DNA of 64,000 nt, taken from NCBI RefSeq assembly GCF_009914755.1, contig NC_060934.1. One strand, 5' to 3'. The first letter of the stretch is position 1; each line of letters begins with the position of its first letter. This document shows, in pieces, positions 13,516-28,199 of this stretch. The stretch comes from the human T2T-CHM13v2.0 reference genome, Homo sapiens. A program made the translations under genes and the position numbers. The notes beneath the pieces were generated by a model that was given only the letters and a program-made list of their open reading frames with translations, did no database searches and was not told the DNA's origin.

Positions 13516-14358
13516 CTCTGTACCACCTGCAAGGGAGATATACCAGGATCCCATCATCAATAAGTGGGCAAGAGAAGTGCTCACCTCCTCCACAGCCTGA
13601 AACTCCCCTCTCGCATCAAGAAACAGCAGGCCAGGTGGAGAAGGCACTGGCAGAGGGCATCCTGTCATAAGTACTTACTCTTGGAAGACTCTCTGTGCCC
13701 TATAAGCAGAAGAGATCCTGCCATAAGGGCCCAGCTAGGAAAGCCTCTGTTTTTGTATGTGAACCTGAGCCTTCCCTACCCCATTGAGTGACACCAGGCC
13801 AACAAACCTAGGGAAATACCTTCAGCCCCCTGGGCAGCAACAGCAGGGACCAATGAGGAGCCTAGCAGCACCGGCTAAACCAAACAGGCAAAAATAACAC
13901 CACAAAGTTTCTGAAAATTAAACTGTTATTGGAACCACGGCCCACAAAAGTAGGTCATTACCCACATACCAAGCCTTAACAGTGTAGTTGCCTTGCTACA
14001 ATAGAAAATTTAAATAGAAATCAGTCTCCTAACAGAAGAAACAAAATGTCCAGATTACAGTAACATACCAAGAACCAGGAAAGCAACAACTGGAATGAGA
14101 AAAGACAATCAAATAACATCAACATGGGGATAAATTAGGTAATGAAATATTCTGACAAGGACTTTACAGGAACCATCATAAATATGCTTCAAAAATTAAT
14201 TACAAATGAAAAAATAGAAAATATCATCAAAAAGTAGAAGTTATAAAAAAGAAGCAAATGTAAATTATAGAACTAAAAATACAATAAAAGAAATTAAAAA
14301 CTTGCTGGATGAGCTCAATAGTAGAATGGAAATGACAAAGGATAAAATCTGTGAATTT

Positions 14359-14656
<298 letters not shown>

Positions 14657-15127
14657 TCAATAGCACTTGCTCATCATGTGAATAATATCATTAAGAATAA
14701 CAGAAAAAAAATAGTCTGAAAAAAATGAACCGAGCCTCAGGGACCATGTTAGATTAAAAAAAAAAATCTGAGTTCCATACTATCAGAGTCTAAAAAGGAG
14801 AGAAGAAAGAGTTGAAAGAATATTTGAAGAAATAATTCCCATTTTGATGAAAGATATAAACCTATAGATTCAAGAAACTGTGATAATCACAAACAAGTAA
14901 ACCCAAAGAAATCCATACTAAGACACATCATCATTAAACTTATTAAAACTAAAGACAAAAAAAAAGTGAAAACAGCCAGAAGAAATGACATCTTAACCTA
15001 CAAGTGTCATTTGAATAGGAATGGATTTACTTCAAACCATGGATGATAAATATAAAACATAAAATAGAACATATTTTGCATAGAATATAGTCTCCAATAA
15101 AAATAAAATATAAAAGAAAAATCTCTT

Positions 15128-15528
15128 TGTAGGAGATTTGTATGGGAATTGGTGATTTTGGAGGCCTAGAAGTTCCACAATCTCCCATACACAAGCTGGA
15201 GCACCAGGAAAGCTGGCGGTGTCATTTAGTCCCAGGTCCAAGGCCTGAGAATCAGGCACTCCCATGTTCAAGGGCAGGAGAAAAGGGTTGTCCCAGTGGA
15301 GGGACAGAGGAAGAAAATTTGCCCTTTTCTCACTTCTTTGTTCTATAAGGTCCTCAGCAGACAGGAATATGTTCATCCACATTGGTGAAAGTAGATCTTC
15401 ACTCAGTCCACCACTTCAAACGCTAATCTCTTCTAGAAGAACTCACAGACACACCCAGAAAAGATGTGTTACCAGCCATCAGGGCATCCTTTAGGCCAGT
15501 CAAGTTGACACATAAAATTAGCCATCAT
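15128..15528 (-). mobile_element. MLT2 (ERVL) LTR
   Basis: gagatttgtatgggaattgg...caagctggagcaccaggaaagctgg...ccagtcaagttgacacataaaattagccatca. Confidence 0.85.
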
Positions 15529-15749
15529 TGTGTACTTTTCCTGCCCTGGTCTTTGATTTAGCCTAGTGGTGATATGGAATTTAGAACCCCAGATCCAGTC
15601 TCTAGCTGTGCTCATTGCTCCTGGAGCACCATGCTTCTGGCCGTTTCAGAACAGAGGTAGGAAATATATGAGTTTTTCATTTGTTTGCTTTTTAAATCTA
15701 TTTATCCTGTTCCCTCAAATTCTAATCAACACCACAGGACTCTTCTGGT

Positions 15750-16086
15750 CTTAGAGCTTCAAATTTATATTTGTTTTATCTGAGTTCCTTCCTCAGGAAA
15801 GGACCCTCAAGCCTGTCAACAAAAGTATCAAAGAACTGAAACTCACAAAATCACCACATCCTCATAATGAGATGCCAGAGCCCTCTTTCATCATGATTGC
15901 TTCCTTAACCTCTCTAGTTCCTGTTTTCTTATACATTGTTACATTTCTTCCCTGCTATATAAACCTTTAATTTTAGTGGGCTGGGCAGAAGAATTTGAGA
16001 CTGAACTCCCATTTCCTTGGCTGCCTCAGTGATTGGCTGTGCAGCAAGCAGCAGGACCTAACTGAACCCCTGGTGTTTCAGTAACA
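15750..16086 (+). mobile_element. MER39-like ERV1 LTR, 3' part
   Basis: tctgagttccttcctcaggaaa...aagtatcaaagaactgaaactcac...gctatataaacc...cccctggtgtttcagtaaca. The AATAAA-containing segment appears deleted. Confidence 0.8.
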
Positions 16087-16089
16087 TAA

Positions 16090-17790
<1,701 letters not shown>

Positions 17791-17884
17791 TTATCCTAAA
17801 TTATGTTAGAAACATATTTCATTGTTTCTAAGTCAAGATTTTTAAACATTTTGGCATCTCTAAAACTGAGTTGCTAAGTTGCTA

Positions 17885-18135
17885 ATTAATGAGCATAAAG
17901 TTCTCGTTAAACAAAATGAGTAAGTCTGCCATACAACATTGTAACCTATCCTTAACTATACCCTATTGAGCCATAATCCAGCCACTGTACTCCAGCCTGA
18001 CCCACAGAGCAAGATCCTGTCTCTAAAAACCAACAATAGCTACAACAACAACATTGTATTGTACAGTTTACATGTATTAAGATGGTGATTTCGTGTTAAG
18101 TGTTCTTTTCACAGTAAAATAAAATTTTAAAATAA
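17885..18135 (+). mobile_element. L1MA/MB 3' end with a nested 5'-truncated Alu (about 17968-18050), inserted in the Tc2 element
   Basis: gcataaagtt...aatgagtaagtctg...ttaagtgttcttttcacagtaaaataaaa; internal gccactgtactccagcctg...gatcctgtctctaaaa. Confidence 0.7.
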
Positions 18136-18726
18136 AATTGAGTTGTTTCTTTTATCTGCTGTCTGGGAGGCAGTAGATGTGACCTGGTTGTTATTGCCTG
18201 TGTTTATGTGAACATAATGATAACTGTTCTTTTTGGCATTACTTCAATTGAGTTATGTGCATTTTTTGGTACTGGATGTATTGAATTTAATTACTGTTTA
18301 TAATTTCTTTAAAAGCTTATGATTTGGCATTGAAGTGAAAAGTTATGCCGTAGGCAGAAAGTTAACTACAAGAGGCTAGTGTGACCTGTTTATATGTTAT
18401 GCAGGACTATAGTCAAGGTATCAAATATCAATTTGTCAGAAACTTGCTGCTGACTTTAATCTGAAGCTATTTAACTTCTAATAACATATGATTCCATTGA
18501 GAAAGGAAATGAAGCTGTGAATGAAATAAAAAATGAAATACTAATAAAACCCTGAGTTTTTACAGAACCATTGCTAACGGTGCTTATTATGAACACAGGT
18601 TAGAAAAGTATTACATCACTCTGATGCTATGCGTAATCACCAAAGGTCAAATGTTGCCACCATATTTAATTTTAAACCAAAAACAGTGTAAGCTATTTCC
18701 CCAAATATCTTAATGTGCTTGTACTA

Positions 18727-19110
<384 letters not shown>

Positions 19111-19574
19111 CTAGGAGACTAACTAACTAAGCATATTTGTTTGGATGCATCTGATCAGCTAAAGAATAAGTTCACTAAGAAGTGAATTAAGTTGGTTGTT
19201 GTTCCATAATGTATGACCCCTTGAAGATTCCATCAGCAAACCATTTAACAGTTATTTGAAGAAGGAACATGATTTCTGTTTGTTGTCTGAAAACCTTGCA
19301 CTGATTGCAAGTTCTGGTAAGATCACTAAAGCACTGGCATCAACTTACAAATGGCATCCATATCTTGAAAGAGAAAAAATCCCAGACAACATTGAAGCAC
19401 TCTTAAACGGTGCTTCATCACAAATTCTATCATTATCACACAGGACATTTGAGTATGCTCAAAAGCTTGGATAACTGACTCTGAGTGAAAAAGTAATTCG
19501 GGAGAATTATATTCTGATTTGGAAAAGTTTTTGTTTTCCTTTTATGTATTAGGGCTATTTCCAGAATTTGTAAT

Positions 19575-19858
19575 TTAATTTTATTTTAATTTTTTGAGAC
19601 AGAGTCTCACTCTGTCACCCAGGCTAGAGTGCAGTGGCACAACCTCGGCTCACTGCAACCTCTGTCTTCCAGGTTCAAACAATTCTCGCACCTCAGCCTC
19701 CTGAGTAGCTGGGAGTACAGGCACCCACAATCATGCCTGGCTAATTTTTGTATTTTTAATAGAGACAGGGTTTCACCATGTTTGCCAGGCTGGTCTCGAA
19801 CCCCTGGCCTCAAGCAATCCACCTGCCTTCACTTCCCAAAGTGCTAGGATTACAGGCT
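19575..19858 (-). mobile_element. AluSz/J-like, lacking about 25 nt at the 5' end
   Basis: Reverse Alu from gagacagagtctcac to ggattacaggc. Confidence 0.92.
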
Positions 19859-21438
19859 AGAATTTTATTTTTAATTCTATTGTCTCTTTAGTTTAAATTT
19901 CTCCTGGAGACCACATATTGTTGGATACTGTTTTTGTTTCAAACTCTGAGAGTCCCAGCCATTTAATTGTTGGATTTAACCCATTTATATTTTGTAATTA
20001 CTGTTATGTTAGTGATTATTTCTGCCAACTTCATATTTAAATTTACTTTTTTCCCATTAAGTATATTCTCTTTCATTGATTTAAAAGTTATAACTATATG
20101 TTCTATGACAATTGCCTTAATTTAATATCCAAATATATGTTTATTTGCCTCTTTTATTTTCTTAAGCATATTAATATATACATTTTCCCTTAAAAATAAA
20201 AGTAATTTTGATGTTCGTGTTACCATTGGTCTCCATTTCCTGCTCTCCTAATCCCTGTCATGTTGATATTATTTAAAATTTTAGTTCTTGGTTGCCATAT
20301 ATGTGTTTTTGTTTGCTTTTCTTTGGTCTTAGAGTGAGTGTATTTGCACTTTTCTTCCTTCCTAAGGCAAGGATAACACTTGCTGATTCATTTGAGGATG
20401 CTTTTTGCCTATTTCTCCTGTATCATCCTTCTGAATCTGCAGCTCTTCTTTTTTATGTACTTTCTCTGAAAGTATTTTCAGTGGGAGTCTTTGTTGATCT
20501 TTGTGTGGCAAGCCTGATACTCTAAATGCCTGAACATATTTTAAATACATACTTAGGTTTAATGAAAAATTGGAGATAAAAATTTGTTTCAAAATTTTTT
20601 ATTTTCAATACTTTAAAATATTTCTCAGTTTTTCTATTGCTTCCAATGTTGTGTTTGAGAAGTTTGATGCCAATTTGATTCTTATTCCTTTGTAAGTGCT
20701 CTCTGCAAGCATTTAGAATTTTCTCTGTCTCCTAAATATTTTAAGTTCACTGTAATGTATCTGGGTGTGTCTTTTTCTTTTGTTTTCTGTTTGGTACTTT
20801 ATGAGCCTTTTCCATTTGTCTTTATGTCTGGGAAATTCATCTTTGCTTTCCTTCAAATATTTCTTTTTCTCCCTCTTTCTCTTTTTCTTTTGGGACTCGA
20901 TTTACCCCTACCCTTTGGATATTGGCACTTCTATATCTATCTTCCATATCTTTTATCATGTTTCACAGTTTAATCTCTTTATTCTTTCCTGCCTTCTGAA
21001 GTGTTATCAGCCTTCACTCTCAATTCTCTAACCTGCTCCTCAGCTCTGGCTGCCACTCTAGAAGGCCCATGCTAATAGACCTGTTGGTGGTTTTCTAACT
21101 TTTACCATCACACATAGCACTGTAGTGAATAACCCGCACATGTGAAAGGATCTCCAAGGGATAAATGCCCAAAATTTGAATTGTGAGTCAAAGGACATCT
21201 GAATTTCTAATTTCTGATAGTTAAATTTTTCTCCATAGTGGTGGACCGATTTGCACTCCACCCAGTGATGTGTAAGAGTACCTGCTTAAAATCTCAAATT
21301 TTAATGAGATTTTGTCAATCTGGTAGTTAAAAATAATTCTTAAGCTAGTTTTAATTTTTATTTCTTTCAATATGAGCAAGGTTGAACATCTTTTCAGAGT
21401 TCTTTATATTTTCAATGAACTTTCAATTCAACATCTTT

Positions 21439-21662
21439 CTTGTAGTTTATGTAAAAATTTGTTTGACCAAAATGTAGAAAAAGTGATACTATTACATATG
21501 ATACAGTTGCAAGAATCTAAAGAAAAGTGTGGATTTTATTCAATTTGCACAATTTGCTAGTGTATTTCCTGGGTAGTGTGATGCTGAATAAATAGGAGTG
21601 GAGTGGTGGGGTCGGGTGGGTAGGGGATTCAGATAAATCAGAAGCAGGGTGATTTAGTCGGA
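21439..21662 (-). pseudogene. UBE2V1: 5'-truncated processed retrocopy of an mRNA 3'UTR end (tentatively UBE2V1)
   Basis: Non-repeat 224-bp insert between perfect 16-bp direct repeats tcaattcaacatcttt (21423-21438 and 21663-21678). The minus strand ends ...ttttggtcaaacaaatttttacataaactaca, which resembles my recollection of the UBE2V1 3' end; the parent identity is unverified. Confidence 0.65.
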
Positions 21663-22130
21663 TCAATTCAACATCTTTAGGTATTTTTTAAAAATTGAAT
21701 TCTGGCCTTATTTATGACAATTTCTAGGAGCCCTTTTTATGTTAGGGAGTTTACTCTTTGTCTAATATGAGACACAATGTTTCCCGCAGATTCTCTTTCA
21801 TTTTCTGATATTGCTTATAGTTTTTTTTTTATTTTTTGCAAAGCAGATTTTCTAAACTTTCATTATAGTCACGTTCATCAGTCTTTTCTTTCATGGATTT
21901 TATATTTTGAGCATGTTTTTTAAAAAAAAGGCTTTCCCTACTTCAAAGTCTGAAAAATAATCTTATGCTTTCTTTTAGAACTTTTAGAACTTTTTATGTT
22001 CAGTTTTTAATATTGTAACCTGTGATGTATTTGGAATTTCTCCTGATTTAAAGGGTCGGGTATAGGTGTACTATTTTTTTAAGATGGCTATCAAGTTGTT
22101 GCCAGATCATTTATCAAAAAAACCATCTTT

Positions 22131-22433
22131 CTCTGGGCGCGGTGTCTCACGCCTGGAATCCCAGCACTTTGGGGGGCCGAGGTGGGTGGATCACGAGGTC
22201 AGGAGATCAAGACCATCCTGGCTAAAGCAGTGAAACCCCATCTCTACTAAAAATACAAAAAATTAGCAGGGCGCGGTGGCGGCACCTGTAGTCCCAGCTA
22301 CTTGGGAGGCTGAGGCAGGAGAATGGCATGAACCTGGGAGGCAGAGCTTGCAGTGAGCCCAGATCGCAGCCACCACACTCCAGCCTGGGGGACAGGGTGA
22401 GACTCTGTCTCAAAAAAAAAAAAAAAAAAGAGA
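22131..22433 (+). mobile_element. AluY
   Basis: gagatcaagaccatcctggcta and gaatggcatgaacc...gagcttgcag; TSD aaaaccatctttc. Confidence 0.94.
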
Positions 22434-22960
22434 AAACCATCTTTCCTCTACTGTTTGAAATGCCACCTTTATTGCACACTAATTTACCCTATATGTTTGA
22501 ATATATTACTTGGTTTTTAAATCTCTCCTATTGGTCTGTCTATAAAATCAGTGCCACACTATTCTATTTATCAAGGCTTTATAAAGCATTTTAATAACCA
22601 GCAGTGTTGCTCTATCACCATTACTTTTCTTCCTCTGAGTTTTACCAGACATTCTTGGCTCTTTAACTTTCCAATGTATAAAGAATGTTTGTCCAATTTT
22701 AAAAAGGTCTAATGATACTTTCACTGGATTCATATTAAATTATGAAGCAAGTTAGAGAAAATTCCCATTTTTGTTATTTACTTTTCATGTCTAATATCAT
22801 GGTATGTCTTCCCATTTGTTCAAGACTTCTTTTTTGTTTCGTCAGTGCTATTTGACTACCTTAAAGTTTTCTTCATTTAAGTTTAACATACAAGTCTTGC
22901 ATATTTCTTGAGTTTATCTCTAAGTATTTTAACTTAATAATGCTGTACTGAATTTGAGTC

Positions 22961-23268
22961 TTTTACTTTTATTTTTTCTTAAGACGGAGTCTTGTTCTGT
23001 CTCCCAGGTTGGAGTGCAGTGCTGCGATCATAGCTCACTGCAGCTTCTAACTCCTGGGCTCAAGTGATCCTCCTGTCTCAGTCTCCCAAGTAGCTAGGAC
23101 TTCAGGTGCATGATACAACATCTGGCTGATCTGTTTCTTTTTAATTTTTTTTAAAGATCGAGATCTCGCTATATTGCCCAGGCTGGTCTCAAACTGGTGG
23201 CCTCAAGTGATCCTCCCACCTCAGCCTCCCAAAGTTGTGAGATTACAGGTATAAGCTACCATGCCTGG
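22961..23268 (-). mobile_element. AluJ
   Basis: Reverse dimer with J-type tagctcactgcagc...ctcctgggctcaagtgatcc. Confidence 0.92.
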
Positions 23269-23294
23269 AAGGGTATTTTCTTAATTCATACATT

Positions 23295-24150
23295 CTTTTT
23301 CTTTTCAGAGCTTTATTGATATATACTTCACATACTGTAATATTTACAGAGTTTTGCAAATCTAATTTTAAAACATCTTCAAAACTCCAGAAAGAAATCA
23401 CACACACATTAACAGTCATTCCAATTCCCACTCCTCCCGCTGCCCCACCTTGCCCCGGTTCCAGCCAACCATGAATCTACTTTTTGTCTCTGTGGATTTG
23501 CCTATTCTGAACATTTTACATAAATGAATCCTAGAATATGTGGTCCTTTTGACTGGCTTCTTTCACGTAGCACAGTGTTTTCAAGGTTCATTCATGTTTT
23601 TGCTTGCATCAGCATTTCACATTTTTATTGACAACATTTCACTATATGGATATACCACACTTTATCCATTTATCAGTTGATAAACATTTAGGTCATTTCC
23701 ACTTTCGGACTATTATAAATAATGAAACTACAAACATTTGTTTACAAGTTTTTGTGTGAACATATGTTTTTAATTTTCTTGCATATATACCTAAAATTGA
23801 AGCTGCTGGATCATAAGGTAACTATGTTTAACTTTTATAGAAACTTCCAAACTGTTTTCTTAGTGGCTGCAACATTTTGCATTGCCATCAGTAGTTCGTG
23901 AGAGTTTCAATTTCTCCATAACCTCACCAATACTTGCTACTGTCTGTCTTTTTTATTATAGCCATCCTACAGAGTATGAAGTGGTATCTATTGTTTTTTT
24001 TTTTTTTTACATTTACCTAATGACAAATTGTGTTGAACATTGTTTCATGTGTTTATTGACCATCTGCATACCTTCTTTGGTGATTTCAATTCCAGTCCTT
24101 TGCCCATTAAAAAAATTAAGTTGTCATTTTATTATTGGGTTGTTAATTCG
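23295..24150 (-). mobile_element. L1MB-like 3' end
   Basis: tctgtggatttgcctattctgaacatt...gactggcttctttcac...tttcaaggttcattcatg...gctggatcataaggtaactatgtttaact. Confidence 0.85.
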
Positions 24151-24931
24151 TATTTTCTACTTAATTGTTGCTTTTTTATGCTTGAAAAGCTGTGGGACTC
24201 AATATTAATTTTATTCACTGCTACTTTACTAAATTTTCTTATTATTTGTTGTACTTTTTCATTATGTTGGATTTTTCAGGCATGTAATCATGTGATCTGA
24301 AAATAGGCTAGCTCCTCATTCCTGCTGTTTCTCTTGTCATGCAATGTCAAATAACAATGGTTACAGGAGACATTCTTGTTTTGTTTCTGACACTCTCAGG
24401 AATCCTTCTAATGACGTGAATTTCGGGGCTGGAATAGATTTATATTGATAATGTTATGAAGTATTAACCTATTATTGGTTTAAAATATTAAAATCAGACT
24501 AGATTTAAATTTTCCATGGTCTATGGAACTGATAATATGATTTATCTCTTTAGAACCAAAGATTTTGTGAATTATATTAATTTCCTGATATTCAGTCATC
24601 CTCTTATTACTAGAATAAATTCTGCATATTCATAAGGAATATATTCTCATTCTAAGGCATTGTTATATTCTGTTTCCTAATGTTTTATTTAAGATTTTTA
24701 AATTGGAATTAATAAGTAAAATTGGTGTATAGCTTCCTTTTTTGTGACTATACTCCCTGCCAAATTTCAATGTTACATTTACGTCATAGAAAACATTTGG
24801 AAGTTTTTTTCATTTTTCAATGTTTTGTAGCAGTTTAAAAAACACTGAAAATGCCTGTTATTTATTAAAGACTATGTAAAGTCCCTTATAACATTATCAA
24901 AGGCTATTCTAGAGAATAGCTTATTGACAAC

Positions 24932-25353
24932 TATATTAGTCTGCTGGGGTTGCCATAACAAAATATCACAAACTAAATGGCTTAAACAACAGAAATTTAT
25001 TGTCTCACAGTTCTGAAGGCCAGAAGTTGAGATCAAAATGTCAGCAGGGCTGTGCTCTGCGGAAGGATCTGTCCAGGCCTCCCTCCACTTCTGGTGGTTC
25101 CTTGGTGTGTGGCAGCATCACTCCAGTCAGCACGTGGCATCCTCCCTGTGTGCCTGGGTCTGTGTCCAGACTTCGCCTTTTTTAAAAGGACACCAGCTGT
25201 GTTGAATGACAGCCCACCCGGCTCCAATGTGACCTCATTCTAACTTAACTAACATCTGCAATGACCCTGTTTCCAAACGAGGTCACAATCTGAGGGACTG
25301 GGGCTTAGGACTTCAACACAGGAGTTCTGGGGCATACAATTCAACCCAGAACA
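24932..25353 (-). mobile_element. MLT1B-like MaLR solo LTR
   Basis: Typical termini and a 5-bp TSD ACAAC (24927-24931 and 25354-25358). Confidence 0.9.
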
Positions 25354-25789
25354 ACAACCTTATCCATTTCTTCTCACAAATCACTCTATTTAAACTTCCT
25401 AACTTTTATGGAGTTCGTTGTGATAAGTTATATTTTTCTAGGAAATTATCCATTTCTTAAATGTTTTCAAATATATCTGAATAATATGGACCAAGTTAAT
25501 GTTTATGATTTTATTAATTTTCTGTTTCTTTTTTCTCAACAAAAGTAAATAATTAACTTTTGTTTCTGGTTATTTCTCCCTCATTGTTTGTTCTTTGTGG
25601 TGTTTAAAAAGCTATTTTACATTATTTAGTGGTTTACACATTCCACTCCACCCCATCCCCCAACCATGAACTTTTGTATTTATTTCTCAATTGTGCTGTT
25701 TTTTTTCCCATAATCACTAATTTATATTTTCTTTGTTAATGCTTTATTTATGCTTTCTTTCAGTTTATTTTTCTTTAAATGACTAAATG

Positions 25790-26140
25790 TATTCATTTTT
25801 AAATAATTATACAGTAAAATTGACATTTTTTACTAGGGTAAAGTCCATGAATTATAACATATATACGTTCATGTGACTACTGCCATCATCGCGGTACACA
25901 GCTGTTCTATGATCTAAAAAGAAATCCCCCAAACAAGAAAATCTCGTGTGCTGTTGACACCCTCCCCCTGTCCCAGCCCCATCCCCCACTGATCTCCCTT
26001 GCATTCTGTTCTCCCCTACTGCAGTTTTGTGTTTTAGGCAATTCCATGCTAATAGAATCATCCAGTATATACTTTGGAGACCAATACTCTCACAAGCACA
26101 GTGCATTTGAGATTCATTCAGATTGTTCTGGGTGTCCATA
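25790..26140 (-). mobile_element. L1MC/MD 3'UTR fragment
   Basis: atacagtaaaattgac...ccactgatctcc...atagaatcatccagtat...gagattcattcagattgtt. Confidence 0.7.
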
Positions 26141-28199
26141 CAGGCCAGTCTCTGTGGGGCTGCTGTTTAGGTGGCTCAACCTTGCTGCAGCTTTTAACTC
26201 TACTGGCCAGCCTATCTTGTTTTTGGGACAAGCTGGGCCCTGCAACCAGTGCTTATAGTGGGGAGCATAGGGGAAGGCATGGGTGACAGCAAACATCCCA
26301 CCTACCTTGCCCTCTCCTCCTTCACCTTTGTCACCCCACCCTGTAGTTGGCACCTGTTTCCACGGTGTCTCCCATGGTGTCTCCCACGTGGCCCCTGTCA
26401 GCCTAGGGATCAGCCTGCTATGAGAACCTGCCACCTTGTCCTAGCTGCCCACTCCAGGGTCCTCCCACTGCACTTACCCTTCTCAGAGCAGCCATTACCC
26501 TGCAGACCTGGCCAGGGCAGAGCATGTGGAGCCTGCACCATGGGAAGACCTGGTGAGGCTCAAGCTGAATTGTTCTACATGCTTTCCTATACGTTCCAAA
26601 AATGTCTGAAAAACACATCAAGAGTCCTCAGTCACTCCTCTCTCCTCCCTGGATGCATTTATTTCAGTCTTTTCTTTCCTTCCTGTCTCTGTTTCTCACG
26701 GAGGACGCTGTGCCAGCTCTCAATGCTGGGGGCTCTGCTGACCTTCCTCCAGCCTCATTCATTCCTCAGATGAGTGGTCCTATCTCAGGGCTGAACTCCC
26801 TACTCCATTAAATTCCTGCTTCTAAGGTGCCCCCAGACTGGATCAGGGGCGACCACATTCAGCCACCTCTGGCAGAGTGTACACATGGTTGCAATAATCC
26901 TGGGAGTTCCCAAGAAGGAAACCCCCACTGCGTGTTCTCCCTGGCCTCCTGGGGTACTTCTCAGAGCAAGTGGGAGGAGCAGGAAAAGTGGCTTCACCAG
27001 TATCTCTTGATGGCTATTGATAGAAATGCTATGTGGAAGGGTGGGAGTGGGGAGGGATACACACAGCCAAGGAGGCCCAGCACTCTCCCAAGGGCTAATC
27101 TTTGGAGTCCCTGGCAAGAGGTAGGGAGCGGGTAATGAAGGAGCAATGCCCAGCAGGAGTGAGTCATCGGACTGGAGACCAAGAAAGGCCCAAGGAGGCA
27201 CTCAAGTGCTGAAGGAATAAATGGTGGGCTCTGGACTTTAGTTAGTGTTCCTCACAATGTGTTAGATGGGAAAAGGTCTGGGTTCAAATAGGCTAGGAAG
27301 TGCTGCTCACCCGCAGTTAAATGTGTTCATCTGCTGGACAGCCTCTCAGAGCCTCTCTGTTCATCTTCGTCAGAACTGAGAGGAAAAGTTGGCAGTGAGT
27401 AAAGGGAGCTGGGAGGCGACACAAGGAAACGACTTTGTGGGTCATTGATCCATTGACCCCTCTCCTGTAAACTCTGCCCCAGGGACATCACTCAAGGACA
27501 GCTGAAGGGTGGCCTGGAAGGGCCTGGAGGAGAGATAGTCATTGAGGTGGGACCCAGGGCAGTGGCCGTGGGGATATGGGAGGCGTGTGGCCAGTGGTCA
27601 GGACAGAGTTCTCCCTGGGGTGAAGCGTGGGCCCTGCGTGGTCACCGTGATCAGGGCGGGCCAGGGCACACTGAAGTAAGGCAGAACAAGGAGGCCTGGA
27701 GGCCATAAGCTGTGGGTGGGACCTGCGCTCATCCAGGGCTTTGCACAGCACTGTCCCAGTGAACATGGCTGAGGCCTCACTGTGGCCCTGTCCTTTCTTT
27801 CTGGGCATCCCTGTCCTTTCCTGGGAGGGAGAAGAAGCAGCAGATTGTCCTACCTTGGCCATAGCGGGATCATTCCTTCCAGGGGCCTGACTGACCCCGT
27901 GGCACTCAGGGCAGCCTGCTGGGCGTTGGCTCTTTTTGACCCCTAGCCCTGGTCTCCTGGGCAAACCCCTGAACCTAAAGAAGAAAGGCCCCCGCCAGCT
28001 CCATCCTAATCTCAACCCACTTCTCTCCAAGAAGCTAAAGGAGCCTGCTCGGCTTTCATTCTCTGGTTCTCTATCCTCCCCTAAGACCTCAGGCTCATCC
28101 CTGGCTCCAAGCCCTTCATCTTCTGCTCTTATTGCCTCCCGGCAGCCCAGGATTTGGGGCTGTCTAACGCCCTCCGCAGTCTGCCAACTCTCTATCAGC

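Larger units (their letters stand above)
19870..22960 (-). mobile_element. Ancient L1 fragments (ORF1-like and 3'/ORF2 pieces)
   Basis: T-rich reverse L1 motifs (tttgagaagtttgatgccaatttgattc, ttgcactccacccagtgatgtgtaagagt, tttcactggattcatattaaatt). Confidence 0.55.

Noticed and set aside
26361-26391. 12-bp tandem (cca(c/t)ggtgtctc) x2.5; similar micro-repeats at 11718-11748 and 48785-48820
   Set aside because: Too short; ordinary slippage.
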